The translations under genes were made by a program, and so were the position numbers. DNA of 64,000 nt from an uncultured Gemmatimonadales bacterium (GTDB lineage: Bacteria > Gemmatimonadota > Gemmatimonadetes > Gemmatimonadales > GWC2-71-9). How positions within the stretch are numbered: the first letter of the stretch is position 1; every line of letters starts with the position of its first letter. The notes under the pieces were generated by a model. The model was not told the DNA's origin, made no database searches, and saw only the letters and a program-made list of their open reading frames with translations. Location: contig CAVOGR010000001.1 of NCBI GenBank assembly GCA_963695555.1, positions 288,001-352,000 of the forward strand, read 5' to 3'. Shown here piece by piece: positions 30,713 to 38,465 of the stretch.

Positions 30713-31510
30713 CTACCAGCCACCACGTCGGAAGAGGATGACCGGAATGGTCTTGAGCATGATCCGCAGATCCTCCGCGAAGCCGCGACGCGAAATGTAC
30801 TCCAAGTCAAACTCGACTTTTCTGCGGACGTCGTCCATGCTCGAGTCGTACGACTGATTGATCTGGGCGAGTCCGGTAATGCCGGGCCGCGTCCGTTGGC
30901 GCCCGGAGTAGTTTTGGATCTTGCCTCGCATGTCCGCAAAGATCGCCGGCCGTTCCGGCCGCGGCCCTACGATATTCATGTCGCCGCGGATGACGTTGAA
31001 CAGCTGCGGCAGCTCGTCGAGCCGGAATTGCCGGAGCACGCGCCCGACCGACGTGACCCGCGGGTCGTCCTCTTGCGCCCACACCGCGCCGGATCCCCGC
31101 TCAGCATTGACCTGCATAGTGCGGAATTTGTAGATGCGGAACGGGGCGCCGCCGAGATCGCGCACCCGCTTCTTCTCGTATTCGTCTCCGCCTTCCTCAC
31201 GACTTCCACTCCGGCGGTCCATGCCGATCCGGGCCTGTCGGTAAAGGACGGGGCCCGGTGAGGTGAGCTTGATGGCGATGGCAATGACGACGAGCAGCGG
31301 CGCGGTCAGGAGCAGGCCCAGCGTCGCGACGGCGATGTTGATCGCCCGCTGGAGCTTCCCGTCTGCTGTGGCGACTGGCGCCGGCTGCTCACTCTGGGGA
31401 GCGGCTGCTCCATCCCGGGCATTCGCACCCGGAATCACGTCTGGCTTGCTCGGCCGGTTTCTGCGACGATCCGAGTACCTCGTCCGGTCCTCAGGAATTG
31501 TGGTATCCAT
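30713..31510 (-). CDS. Priming phosphoglycosyl transferase (bacterial sugar transferase, WcaJ/PglC-type catalytic domain)
   Basis: SPGPVLYRQ.R.G, IYKFRTM, DDPRVT.VGR.LR..RLDELPQL.N..RGDM..VGPRPERP. Confidence 0.93.
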   Translation of the reverse strand: MDTTIPEDRTRYSDRRRNRPSKPDVIPGANARDGAAAPQSEQPAPVATADGKLQRAINIAVATLGLLLTAPLLVVIAIAIKLTSPGPVLYRQARIGMDRRSGSREEGGDEYEKKRVRDLGGAPFRIYKFRTMQVNAERGSGAVWAQEDDPRVTSVGRVLRQFRLDELPQLFNVIRGDMNIVGPRPERPAIFADMRGKIQNYSGRQRTRPGITGLAQINQSYDSSMDDVRRKVEFDLEYISRRGFAEDLRIMLKTIPVILFRRGGW

Positions 31511-31518
31511 AGGTTAGG

Positions 31519-32259
31519 TCAAAACACCCGCGAAAGGACCCATAGCAAGGTGAGCGGCGCTGTAACCAGGACCATGACCCCTTGAACGGAGCTTGTGAAA
31601 TTCGACTTGTCGCCCACGTTGATCTCATCACCGCCCTGAATGTTCAGGCGGTCGAGCGTGGTTCCGTATGTCAGAGCAGCCTGAGTCTCATTGCGATTCA
31701 GGAACTCCGACGACTGCCGGCGAACCGTAATCTTCTTGGTGTCCGCGGTGGACACGGGTCCACCGGCGGCCATGATGACGTCACTCAGGAGCGTCTGGGC
31801 AGGAAGGGCGTAATACCCTGGCCGTCCCACGGCTCCGAGAATGGCCACGCGAATCATTGCGACGGCCTCCACCGTGGGTTCTCGGAGATACTTGCCGAGC
31901 TCCGCCGTGAGGTAGTCTTGTACCTCCGAGCGCAGGACGCCGTGGAGTGAGATGTCAGGGATGTTCGGCAGGGTAATGGTGCGCCCTTCCTTGACCGTGA
32001 AGGTATCGGTAAGGGTCGGGTCCTGAAGCACAATGAGCGCGATGCGGTCGCCGACTTGGAAGTCGCCGTTCGCCAACCGGTCCTGAAGCATCAACCGCTC
32101 GGCTGGGTCGAGATTGGAACCTGATCGAGCGAGCAGATCTTCGAGTTCGGCCCGCGTTGTCTGGGCCCGCCGAGCGTCTGGATTGCCCTGAGCCTCCAAC
32201 GCAACGCTGAAGCCGGTCAGCAGGACGAGGGCCACCAAGGTCACCTTCGCAACTTGCAT
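31519..32259 (-). CDS. wza: Polysaccharide export protein (Poly_export/SLBB, Wza-like)
   Basis: Signal peptide, GDRI.L, G.I.LP.I, ILGAVGRPG.Y, AAGG, GDEI, hydrophobic C-terminal helix. ATG 32259 has GAGG upstream. Confidence 0.8.
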   Translation of the reverse strand: MQVAKVTLVALVLLTGFSVALEAQGNPDARRAQTTRAELEDLLARSGSNLDPAERLMLQDRLANGDFQVGDRIALIVLQDPTLTDTFTVKEGRTITLPNIPDISLHGVLRSEVQDYLTAELGKYLREPTVEAVAMIRVAILGAVGRPGYYALPAQTLLSDVIMAAGGPVSTADTKKITVRRQSSEFLNRNETQAALTYGTTLDRLNIQGGDEINVGDKSNFTSSVQGVMVLVTAPLTLLWVLSRVF

Positions 32260-32381
32260 TACTTCACACCTCATCCGGGGGCTGGTATCGGGGCCGAGCA
32301 GGCGCTGGCACCGATCTCAATCGAGTGAAGATCCACCACAGGGCCAGCCGCCCACCCATAACGCCAATTAGGGGTATGAGC

Positions 32382-32398
32382 TGCAAAATACCTGCCAG
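32382..32398 (-). promoter_or_regulatory. Putative sigma-54 -24/-12 promoter of wza and the priming transferase
   Basis: CTGGCAGGTATTTTGCA, near-consensus. Confidence 0.75.
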
Positions 32399-32463
32399 AC
32401 GCAACTTCGGAAGGCCCTGCGCGGCATGAGACGGTCGTGACACGGCCACGATCGAGGCCCGGA

Positions 32464-32682
32464 TCAGTGTGCCGGCCGTCTCCAGTCCGGGGAGAACAAT
32501 GGCGCAGGGGTCTCTCCCAAACCGAAGCTCCGGAGCCGGGCCAGGAAGCCGGTACGAGCATCATTGGCGCACCCATATTCGATAGGCTCGCCGCACCGGT
32601 CGCACCGAATGTCGGGGGCCACGGGATCGGGCTCGTCGGAGGGCTGTCCGCCATTGGATGTATCACATTGGAGACAGAGCAT
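32464..32682 (-). CDS. Possible small zinc-ribbon protein
   Basis: MLCLQC...RCDRCGEPI, two CxxC pairs, filling an otherwise empty 850-bp gap; alternative start GTG 32724. Confidence 0.4.
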   Translation of the reverse strand: MLCLQCDTSNGGQPSDEPDPVAPDIRCDRCGEPIEYGCANDARTGFLARLRSFGLGETPAPLFSPDWRRPAH

Positions 32683-32806
32683 GAGGGCTACCTGCGCTGG
32701 GGACCGTTGGCTCGGGTCGAGCACTCCTGTCCATACTCATCATCAAAAGCGTTGCCGTTCTCGCGGTCCGGCAGACCAGGGACTGCGCAGGGCGATGAAT
32801 TGACGC

Positions 32807-32831
32807 TAAGTTACTGTCAAATAGCAGATTA
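32807..32831. promoter_or_regulatory. 25-bp dyad element
   Basis: TAA-GTTA-CTG-TCAAA-TAG-CAGA-TTA; overlaps a TTGAC-N11-GTCAA inverted repeat (32800-32820). Confidence 0.45.
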
Positions 32832-33021
32832 CTGAGGTTCCCATCCTCGACGTCGCCCCCGGCTCGAGAGGGCGATGTGGCTGCGGAGCCACATCAGCTC
32901 GGCTCATCTCCGCCACATGATGCCCTTGCGAACCCGACATCCGAGCTGTGGACTGCCCCGGTCTTTCTGTTGCGGTGCCGCATCGCCCCGCGCCACTGGA
33001 CATCTTGCGCCCAACCCCGCA

Positions 33022-33046
33022 TAAGTTCTTCCTTGGAATGCGATTA
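33022..33046. promoter_or_regulatory. 25-bp dyad element
   Basis: TAA-GTTC-TTC-CTTGG-AAT-GCGA-TTA. Confidence 0.4.
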
Positions 33047-33114
33047 CCTGGCAGCTACGGCCACCGCGGTCGGTCGCCACGGGATCGCACGACTCCTGCA
33101 CGGTGAAGCCAGCC

Positions 33115-34116
33115 ATGACCTACGATGACAACGCCGGAGCCAGGGCGATCGACCTGCCCGCCCAGCGTCCGCCTCGTGAGACGACCGAGACGCGCCCGCC
33201 ACTTGTACTGATCGCTAACGACCAGGAATGGTCCTCCCGATCGCTCGAGAGCATCCTCGCCCCGGAAGGGTATGCGGTGCTCCGCGCCTATACCGGGCTC
33301 CAGGCACTCGAGCGGGCCCGCACGGCTCAGCCCGATCTGGTGATCATCGAGGCGCAGCTGCCCGATATCTCAGGCTTCGAGGTCTGCCGGACCCTGCGCG
33401 ACGACCCCAGGTTCTGCGCCACGATCCCGGTGATCATCACCACCGCCGGTCCGTCCGGACGCGCTCAGCGGCTCGAGGCCCACCGCGCGGGCGCTTGGGA
33501 GTTCCTTGGCCAGCCGCTGGATGGTGAGTCGCTGCTCCTGAAACTGCACACGTTCCTCCAGGCGAAGCGCGAGGTCGACATTCTGCGCGACCAGAGCTTG
33601 TTGGATCATGATACGGGCCTCTACAACATGCGCGGTCTGGCCCATCGGGCTCGTGAGATCGGATCTGAAGCGTATCGTCACCACCACCCGTTAGCCTGTG
33701 TGGTGTTCTCACCCGAGCCGGCCTACCCCAAGGAGCACGAGGGGACTGAGGACTACGCCGCGGTGGTGGCGGAGGCCGTCGGAAATGTCATGCGTGAACG
33801 CGGTCGGACGTCCGATGCGATCGGCCGGCTTGGGCCAAGGGAGTTTGCGGTGATTGCTCCGGCGACCGACTCGGAGGGCGTGCTTCGGCTGGTCGATCGT
33901 TTGGGTGAGATCATCGAGGCCGCGCCCTTACCTGCGCAGGAGTTGGTCCGCATTCGTCTGCGAGCCGGCTATTCGGTTGTGCCCGACTTTGCGGAGGCCG
34001 CGCTCGACCCGGTGGAGCTCCTCCTTCGGGCCACGACTGCCCTCCGCCGGGTCCTGGGTGAGCCGGAGACTGCCGCTGGACGTGTGGTGCGGGCGTTCGA
34101 AGGCCCTGTCTACTAG
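33115..34116 (+). CDS. Response regulator: atypical receiver plus degenerate GGDEF domain
   Basis: REC fold (VLIANDQ...PDLVIIEAQLPDISG.EVCR), D..TGLYN.RG, RTSD..GRLGPREF. Confidence 0.85.
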   Translation: MTYDDNAGARAIDLPAQRPPRETTETRPPLVLIANDQEWSSRSLESILAPEGYAVLRAYTGLQALERARTAQPDLVIIEAQLPDISGFEVCRTLRDDPRFCATIPVIITTAGPSGRAQRLEAHRAGAWEFLGQPLDGESLLLKLHTFLQAKREVDILRDQSLLDHDTGLYNMRGLAHRAREIGSEAYRHHHPLACVVFSPEPAYPKEHEGTEDYAAVVAEAVGNVMRERGRTSDAIGRLGPREFAVIAPATDSEGVLRLVDRLGEIIEAAPLPAQELVRIRLRAGYSVVPDFAEAALDPVELLLRATTALRRVLGEPETAAGRVVRAFEGPVY

Positions 34117-34132
34117 GATCACACCGAACCGA

Positions 34133-34175
34133 GCAACGCAAAGGCCCTCCCGCTCCGGGAGGGCCTTTGCGTTGC
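34133..34175. terminator. Long perfect hairpin between convergent genes (probable bidirectional terminator)
   Basis: GCAACGCAAAGGCCCTCCCG-CTC-CGGGAGGGCCTTTGCGTTGC, 20-bp stem. Confidence 0.8.
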
Positions 34176-34198
34176 GGCCTCGGTCTCATCGACCCGGC

Positions 34199-36613
34199 TC
34201 ACGGATCATAGCCGGTACTTTCGTCAGTGCCGTTTCCATGGCCCATCGGCAATTGACCGACTACCTCGTCGTCCGCGGTGTAGCCGTAAACGTACGAGTA
34301 GTACCGGTAGGTGCCGTGCTGCGTCTGGATGTCGTTGAGGACCGCGCCGAGCATCCGGATCGGGAGGCGGTCCATCAGGCGCAGCTTAGCCTCCGCCATC
34401 TGGCGATCGGTTTCGCCGGAGCGGAGGACCAGGAGCATGTGTCCCGTGGCGGTCCCGAGCACGAAGGGGTCGATGCCGGCGCCCAAGGGCGGGCTGTCCA
34501 CCACGATGGCGTTGAAGCGTGATTTCACTTCGGCCATGAGTTCCGTCATCGGTGGTGAGCCCAACATCTCGGGGCCTCGGTGGCGCCGGGTCCCACATGG
34601 AAGCACGGTGAGGCCGCGGTGCGTCGTCGGCTTCAGCACCTCGTCCAGCGTGGCTTCCTGGGTCAGGAAGTCCAACAGGCCGGGCTGGCGGTTGAGGCCG
34701 AACATGCGATGCAGCTCGCCCCGCCGAATGTCGCCGTCGAGCAACAGGGTCTTATAGCCGGCCTCGGCAAACGACAAGGCGAGGTTGGCTGAGACGAGCG
34801 ACTTACCGTCCCCGGGGCCGGGACTCGATACTGTGAGCAAGACCGGCCCTGCCGCGCCGTAGGAGTGAGCCAGGTTGAGCCGGATGGTCCGGAACGCCTC
34901 CACCACCTGAGACGCCTCTTCGGTGTCCCGCTTGCCCACCTTCACCTTTCGGATGGCGGGGATCGCACCCAGAATGGTCAGCCCCAGGTCGCGGGTCACT
35001 TGGTCGGGATAACGCACGCGCCGGTCCAAGCGGTCGAGGATGAGAGCGAGGAGAATGCCTGCCCCGAGGCTCCCGAGAAATCCGAGGAGCCAGATCTGCG
35101 GCGCCGTGTTGCTGGTTGGGCGAGCCCGTCCCGCCGCATCGAGCAGGCTCACATCCGGGATCGTGCTGGCGAGGGCGAACTTGGTCTGCTCGTAGTTGTT
35201 TTGCAGTTGCTGAAACAAGACTTCCGCCGAGTTCTTCTCACGCGTGAGCCGCTGCTCGGTGATTGTCCGGCTGGGGATCTGCTGCAGCTCACGGGATGCC
35301 GTTCCTAGTTGCTCTTCGAGGGCCTGTTCCTGGATACCGATCTCGGCGATGAGCCCCTGCGCCAATTGCGGGATCGTCCGGGTACGTAGCGACTGGATCT
35401 TCTGCTTCCGATCCTGCACTAATCGGTGGTCCTCGGTGTAGACGAAGAGGTCGGTGCGAAGCTGCGCCTCCTCGGCCGCCAATTGCTGGAGGGCACTGCT
35501 CAGCTCGGGTGACGTCTGGACCTTCGGGATTGCCTGGAAGGCTTCAATGGTGGTCGAGGTCGTGGCTGTACGGGCGAGGGCGCCCTCGAGGGCTCTCCGG
35601 TCCTGTTGGAGCGCGTCCAGCGCCAGCCGTTGCTGGAAGTAGTTGGTCATGACGGTCGGCTGGGTCGACGCGAGGCCAGCGGCCACCGGGACGCCTTCAT
35701 TCGGCAGTGTGATGGTCCGGACCCGGAAATTCTCGAGGGCGTTCTCCTTTTGCCGGAGATCGGCTCCTGCCAGATCGACCTGCTCTTCCAGTGCATCGAG
35801 CTGTGCCGTCAGCTTCCTGGTCTTCTGCTCGGCCGCGACCGAGACGAACTGATCGACCACCGCATTGAGCGTCGTGGTAACCTGCTGGGGATCCTTACCC
35901 GTGTACGAAATGGTGAGGAAGTTCCCGCCTCCCGTGAGGCGAGGTGCCAAATGCGGTACGATCGCGGCCGCGGCCGCGCGCACGGTCGTGACGCTGAATG
36001 AGATGGTCCGGCCATCCTTTAGTACCGCTGGAGCGGGGGTCCAAACAAACCCGACGGACCTGCCGATCGAGTCACCCGGTGTCCCGGTTTCCACCGCGGT
36101 GGCTCCGCTCCGGAGAACGTACTGCCGTCCGTCCGGGGTCAGCGTGAGCGCGTACTCCCCGGGAGTGTACGGCTCGCGCAAGTCGAAGGTCTCGAAGACG
36201 GCCGAATCGGCCGGCGCGGTCTTGAGGTAGAGCTTGGCCTTGAGCGCTGCCGAGTCGAGCACAACCCACGTGTTGAGAAGTTCGGACCACGCCTCCTCAT
36301 CCAGCAGCTCGCGCGCCCGGATCGGGCCGCGCTGTCCCGGATTGGGCTCAATCCAAATCTTTGCGGTGGTTGAATAGTCCGGTCTGATGAATCGGCTTCC
36401 GAACACGCCGCCTACGGTGCCGAGCACGGTCAGGCCGAGGATCATCCACTTGTAGCGCCGAAGTGCCGCGAGGTACCGGCCCCAATCGATGCCGAACTCC
36501 TCCTCGGCGTAGGGTGCTGGTGGCGCGAGGGTGGCCTGGACAGTCGGCGCAACCTCCGGGACCCCGATTGGGCGCCCGATATCGGGGAGATTGGGGTTGG
36601 GGCTGTCAGCCAT
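34199..36613 (-). CDS. wzc: Polysaccharide co-polymerase / BY-kinase (Wzc)
   Basis: Wzz-type N-terminus, coiled coil, TM2, EAFRTIRLNL, Walker A SPGPGDGKS, DGDIRR, VDSPP, Tyr tail YRYYSYVYGY. Confidence 0.95.
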   Translation of the reverse strand: MADSPNPNLPDIGRPIGVPEVAPTVQATLAPPAPYAEEEFGIDWGRYLAALRRYKWMILGLTVLGTVGGVFGSRFIRPDYSTTAKIWIEPNPGQRGPIRARELLDEEAWSELLNTWVVLDSAALKAKLYLKTAPADSAVFETFDLREPYTPGEYALTLTPDGRQYVLRSGATAVETGTPGDSIGRSVGFVWTPAPAVLKDGRTISFSVTTVRAAAAAIVPHLAPRLTGGGNFLTISYTGKDPQQVTTTLNAVVDQFVSVAAEQKTRKLTAQLDALEEQVDLAGADLRQKENALENFRVRTITLPNEGVPVAAGLASTQPTVMTNYFQQRLALDALQQDRRALEGALARTATTSTTIEAFQAIPKVQTSPELSSALQQLAAEEAQLRTDLFVYTEDHRLVQDRKQKIQSLRTRTIPQLAQGLIAEIGIQEQALEEQLGTASRELQQIPSRTITEQRLTREKNSAEVLFQQLQNNYEQTKFALASTIPDVSLLDAAGRARPTSNTAPQIWLLGFLGSLGAGILLALILDRLDRRVRYPDQVTRDLGLTILGAIPAIRKVKVGKRDTEEASQVVEAFRTIRLNLAHSYGAAGPVLLTVSSPGPGDGKSLVSANLALSFAEAGYKTLLLDGDIRRGELHRMFGLNRQPGLLDFLTQEATLDEVLKPTTHRGLTVLPCGTRRHRGPEMLGSPPMTELMAEVKSRFNAIVVDSPPLGAGIDPFVLGTATGHMLLVLRSGETDRQMAEAKLRLMDRLPIRMLGAVLNDIQTQHGTYRYYSYVYGYTADDEVVGQLPMGHGNGTDESTGYDP

Positions 36614-36689
36614 CCAGTGAACTCCGAGCGATGTGCGGGCTCGAGCGGCCCAGATGCCGCCCTAATCATGGAAAGTTATGTTCCCCTTC

Positions 36690-36706
36690 AGCAAAAGGAA
36701 TACCGC
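36690..36706 (-). promoter_or_regulatory. Putative sigma-54 -24/-12 promoter of wzc
   Basis: GCGGTATTCCTTTTGCT, 77 bp upstream of ATG 36613. Confidence 0.6.
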
Positions 36707-36770
36707 GCGGGGCTCCCACGCCCCTCGAATCGCCCATTAGGCGGCCTAGTCGACCAGCGCTACATTTGAT

Positions 36771-36786
36771 TGTGATTGTTGTCACA
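36771..36786. promoter_or_regulatory. Palindromic operator TGTGA-N6-TCACA (CRP-box / TGT-N10-ACA enhancer-like)
   Basis: TGTGA-TTGTTG-TCACA in the divergent wzc/activator gap. Confidence 0.6.
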
Positions 36787-36919
36787 GCACGACAGTACTG
36801 TTGCCCCTACCATGCAGGAGATCGTTGCGCCGGCCACACGAAATTGCCTGCCCAGCGCGGCAGGGCTGTCGTGTCAGCGAGACTGAGCGCCGCAGCGATC
36901 GGGGCTGGCAACTTGAACG

Positions 36920-36944
36920 TATCATGCTGGATAACAAGGAGTTA
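36920..36944. promoter_or_regulatory. 25-bp dyad element overlapping the activator RBS
   Basis: TAT-CATG-CTG-GATAA-CAA-GGAG-TTA. Confidence 0.4.
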
Positions 36945-36950
36945 CGAAGG

Positions 36951-38465
36951 ATGGAACGCTCAATCGCCGATTCCTCGACCCCCTCGGGCGCTTCAGCGCC
37001 GTCCGATCCGTTCTCGATCCCGGCCGAGGTGAAGGCGGGCATCAGGATCCTCGTCGTGGATGACGAGCGGACGCTCAGAGAAAGCTGCTCGACCGTGCTC
37101 CAGATGGAGGGGTACAACGTTACGACCATCGGGCGGGGATCTGAGGCGCTCGATACGGTCAAGCGCCGCCAGTTCGACATTATCTTGGTCGACCTCTATA
37201 TGTCTCAGGTGTCCGGGATGGACATCCTCAGCGCCGCGCTCAAGGCCCACAAGGACACAATCGTCGTCGTCATGACCGGGAATCCCAGCGTCACGAGCAG
37301 CATCGAGGCGCTGCGGGCCGGGGCGTGGGATTACCTGCCGAAGCCGTTCTCGGCCACCCATCTACAGGTTTTGATCGGGCGGGCCTCCCACGCCGTCATG
37401 GTGGCCCGTGAGACCAACGAACTCCGAACGCAGCTGAAGCAGCAGCATGGGCACAGTGAGAAGTTCACCTTGATCGGAATCTCGGCGCCGTTCCGGCAGG
37501 CTGTGGAACTGGCACGAAAAGTTGCCGGCACCGACGCCTCGGTCTTGATCTCCGGGGAAAGCGGCACCGGGAAGGAAGTGATCGCTCAGTATATCCATCA
37601 CAACAGCAGGCGGTCGAGCCGAACCATCGTGCCGATCAACTGTGCCGCCTTGCCGGAACCCTTGCTCGAGTCGGAGATGTTCGGCCACCGGAAGGGGTCC
37701 TTCACGGGCGCTGACCGGGATAAGGCCGGGTTGCTCGAGATGGCGAGCGGCGGCACGCTGTTCTTGGACGAACTGACGGAGATGTCCCTCCCGCTCCAAG
37801 CCAAGCTACTCCGGGTCATCCAAGACGGCGTGGTGCGACGGGTCGGGAGCGAGCAGCAAGATGCCGTCGTTGACGTGCGGTTCATCTCCGCGACCAATCG
37901 AGATCCCCAGGAGGCCGTGGCCTCCGGCGCTTTGCGCGAGGATCTCTACTACCGCTTGCGAGTGGTCCCGATCAAGCTCCCGCCCCTGCGGAAGCGTCTC
38001 GAAGACATTCCACTGCTGGCCAATCACTTCCTCACCTATTATTGGCAGCGGCATCGCCAGATGGGAGATCGTGTTCCTCGGCTCAGCGAGGGCAGCATTT
38101 CCTTCCTGCGGTCCCGCCCTTGGCGGGGGAACGTGCGCGAGCTCCAAAACGTGATCGAGCATGTTGCGGTCTTGGCGGAACCGGATCAGGCCATTGAGCC
38201 CAAGGACATCCCCATTTACGACGATGGCGGGGACTGGTCGCCCGAGAGCGGGACGGCGCTTGTGAGTATGGACGAAGCCTTCCATCTTGCCAAAGAGCGC
38301 ATCATCAGCCAGTTCGAGCGGGAATATCTGTCACGTCTGGTAGGTCGTGCGGGAGGCAACATGTCCAAGGCGGCGCGACTGGCCGGCATCGATAGGACCA
38401 CGCTGTATCGTCTCATGGACAAGCACAGCTTCCAGCGCAACGCAGCGTCGGATTCCGATGCGTGA
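36951..38465 (+). CDS. Sigma-54-dependent response regulator (NtrC family: REC-AAA+-Fis HTH)
   Basis: ILVVDDE, GESGTGKE, ESEMFGH.KGSFTGA, LFLDE, WRGNVREL.N, GN.SKAARLAGIDRTTLYR. ATG 36951 has AAGGAG upstream. Confidence 0.95.
   Translation: MERSIADSSTPSGASAPSDPFSIPAEVKAGIRILVVDDERTLRESCSTVLQMEGYNVTTIGRGSEALDTVKRRQFDIILVDLYMSQVSGMDILSAALKAHKDTIVVVMTGNPSVTSSIEALRAGAWDYLPKPFSATHLQVLIGRASHAVMVARETNELRTQLKQQHGHSEKFTLIGISAPFRQAVELARKVAGTDASVLISGESGTGKEVIAQYIHHNSRRSSRTIVPINCAALPEPLLESEMFGHRKGSFTGADRDKAGLLEMASGGTLFLDELTEMSLPLQAKLLRVIQDGVVRRVGSEQQDAVVDVRFISATNRDPQEAVASGALREDLYYRLRVVPIKLPPLRKRLEDIPLLANHFLTYYWQRHRQMGDRVPRLSEGSISFLRSRPWRGNVRELQNVIEHVAVLAEPDQAIEPKDIPIYDDGGDWSPESGTALVSMDEAFHLAKERIISQFEREYLSRLVGRAGGNMSKAARLAGIDRTTLYRLMDKHSFQRNAASDSDA

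Noticed and set aside
36831..36847. CGGCCACACGAAATTGC as a sigma-54 promoter for the activator
   Set aside because: GG-to-GC spacing is 12 nt, not 10
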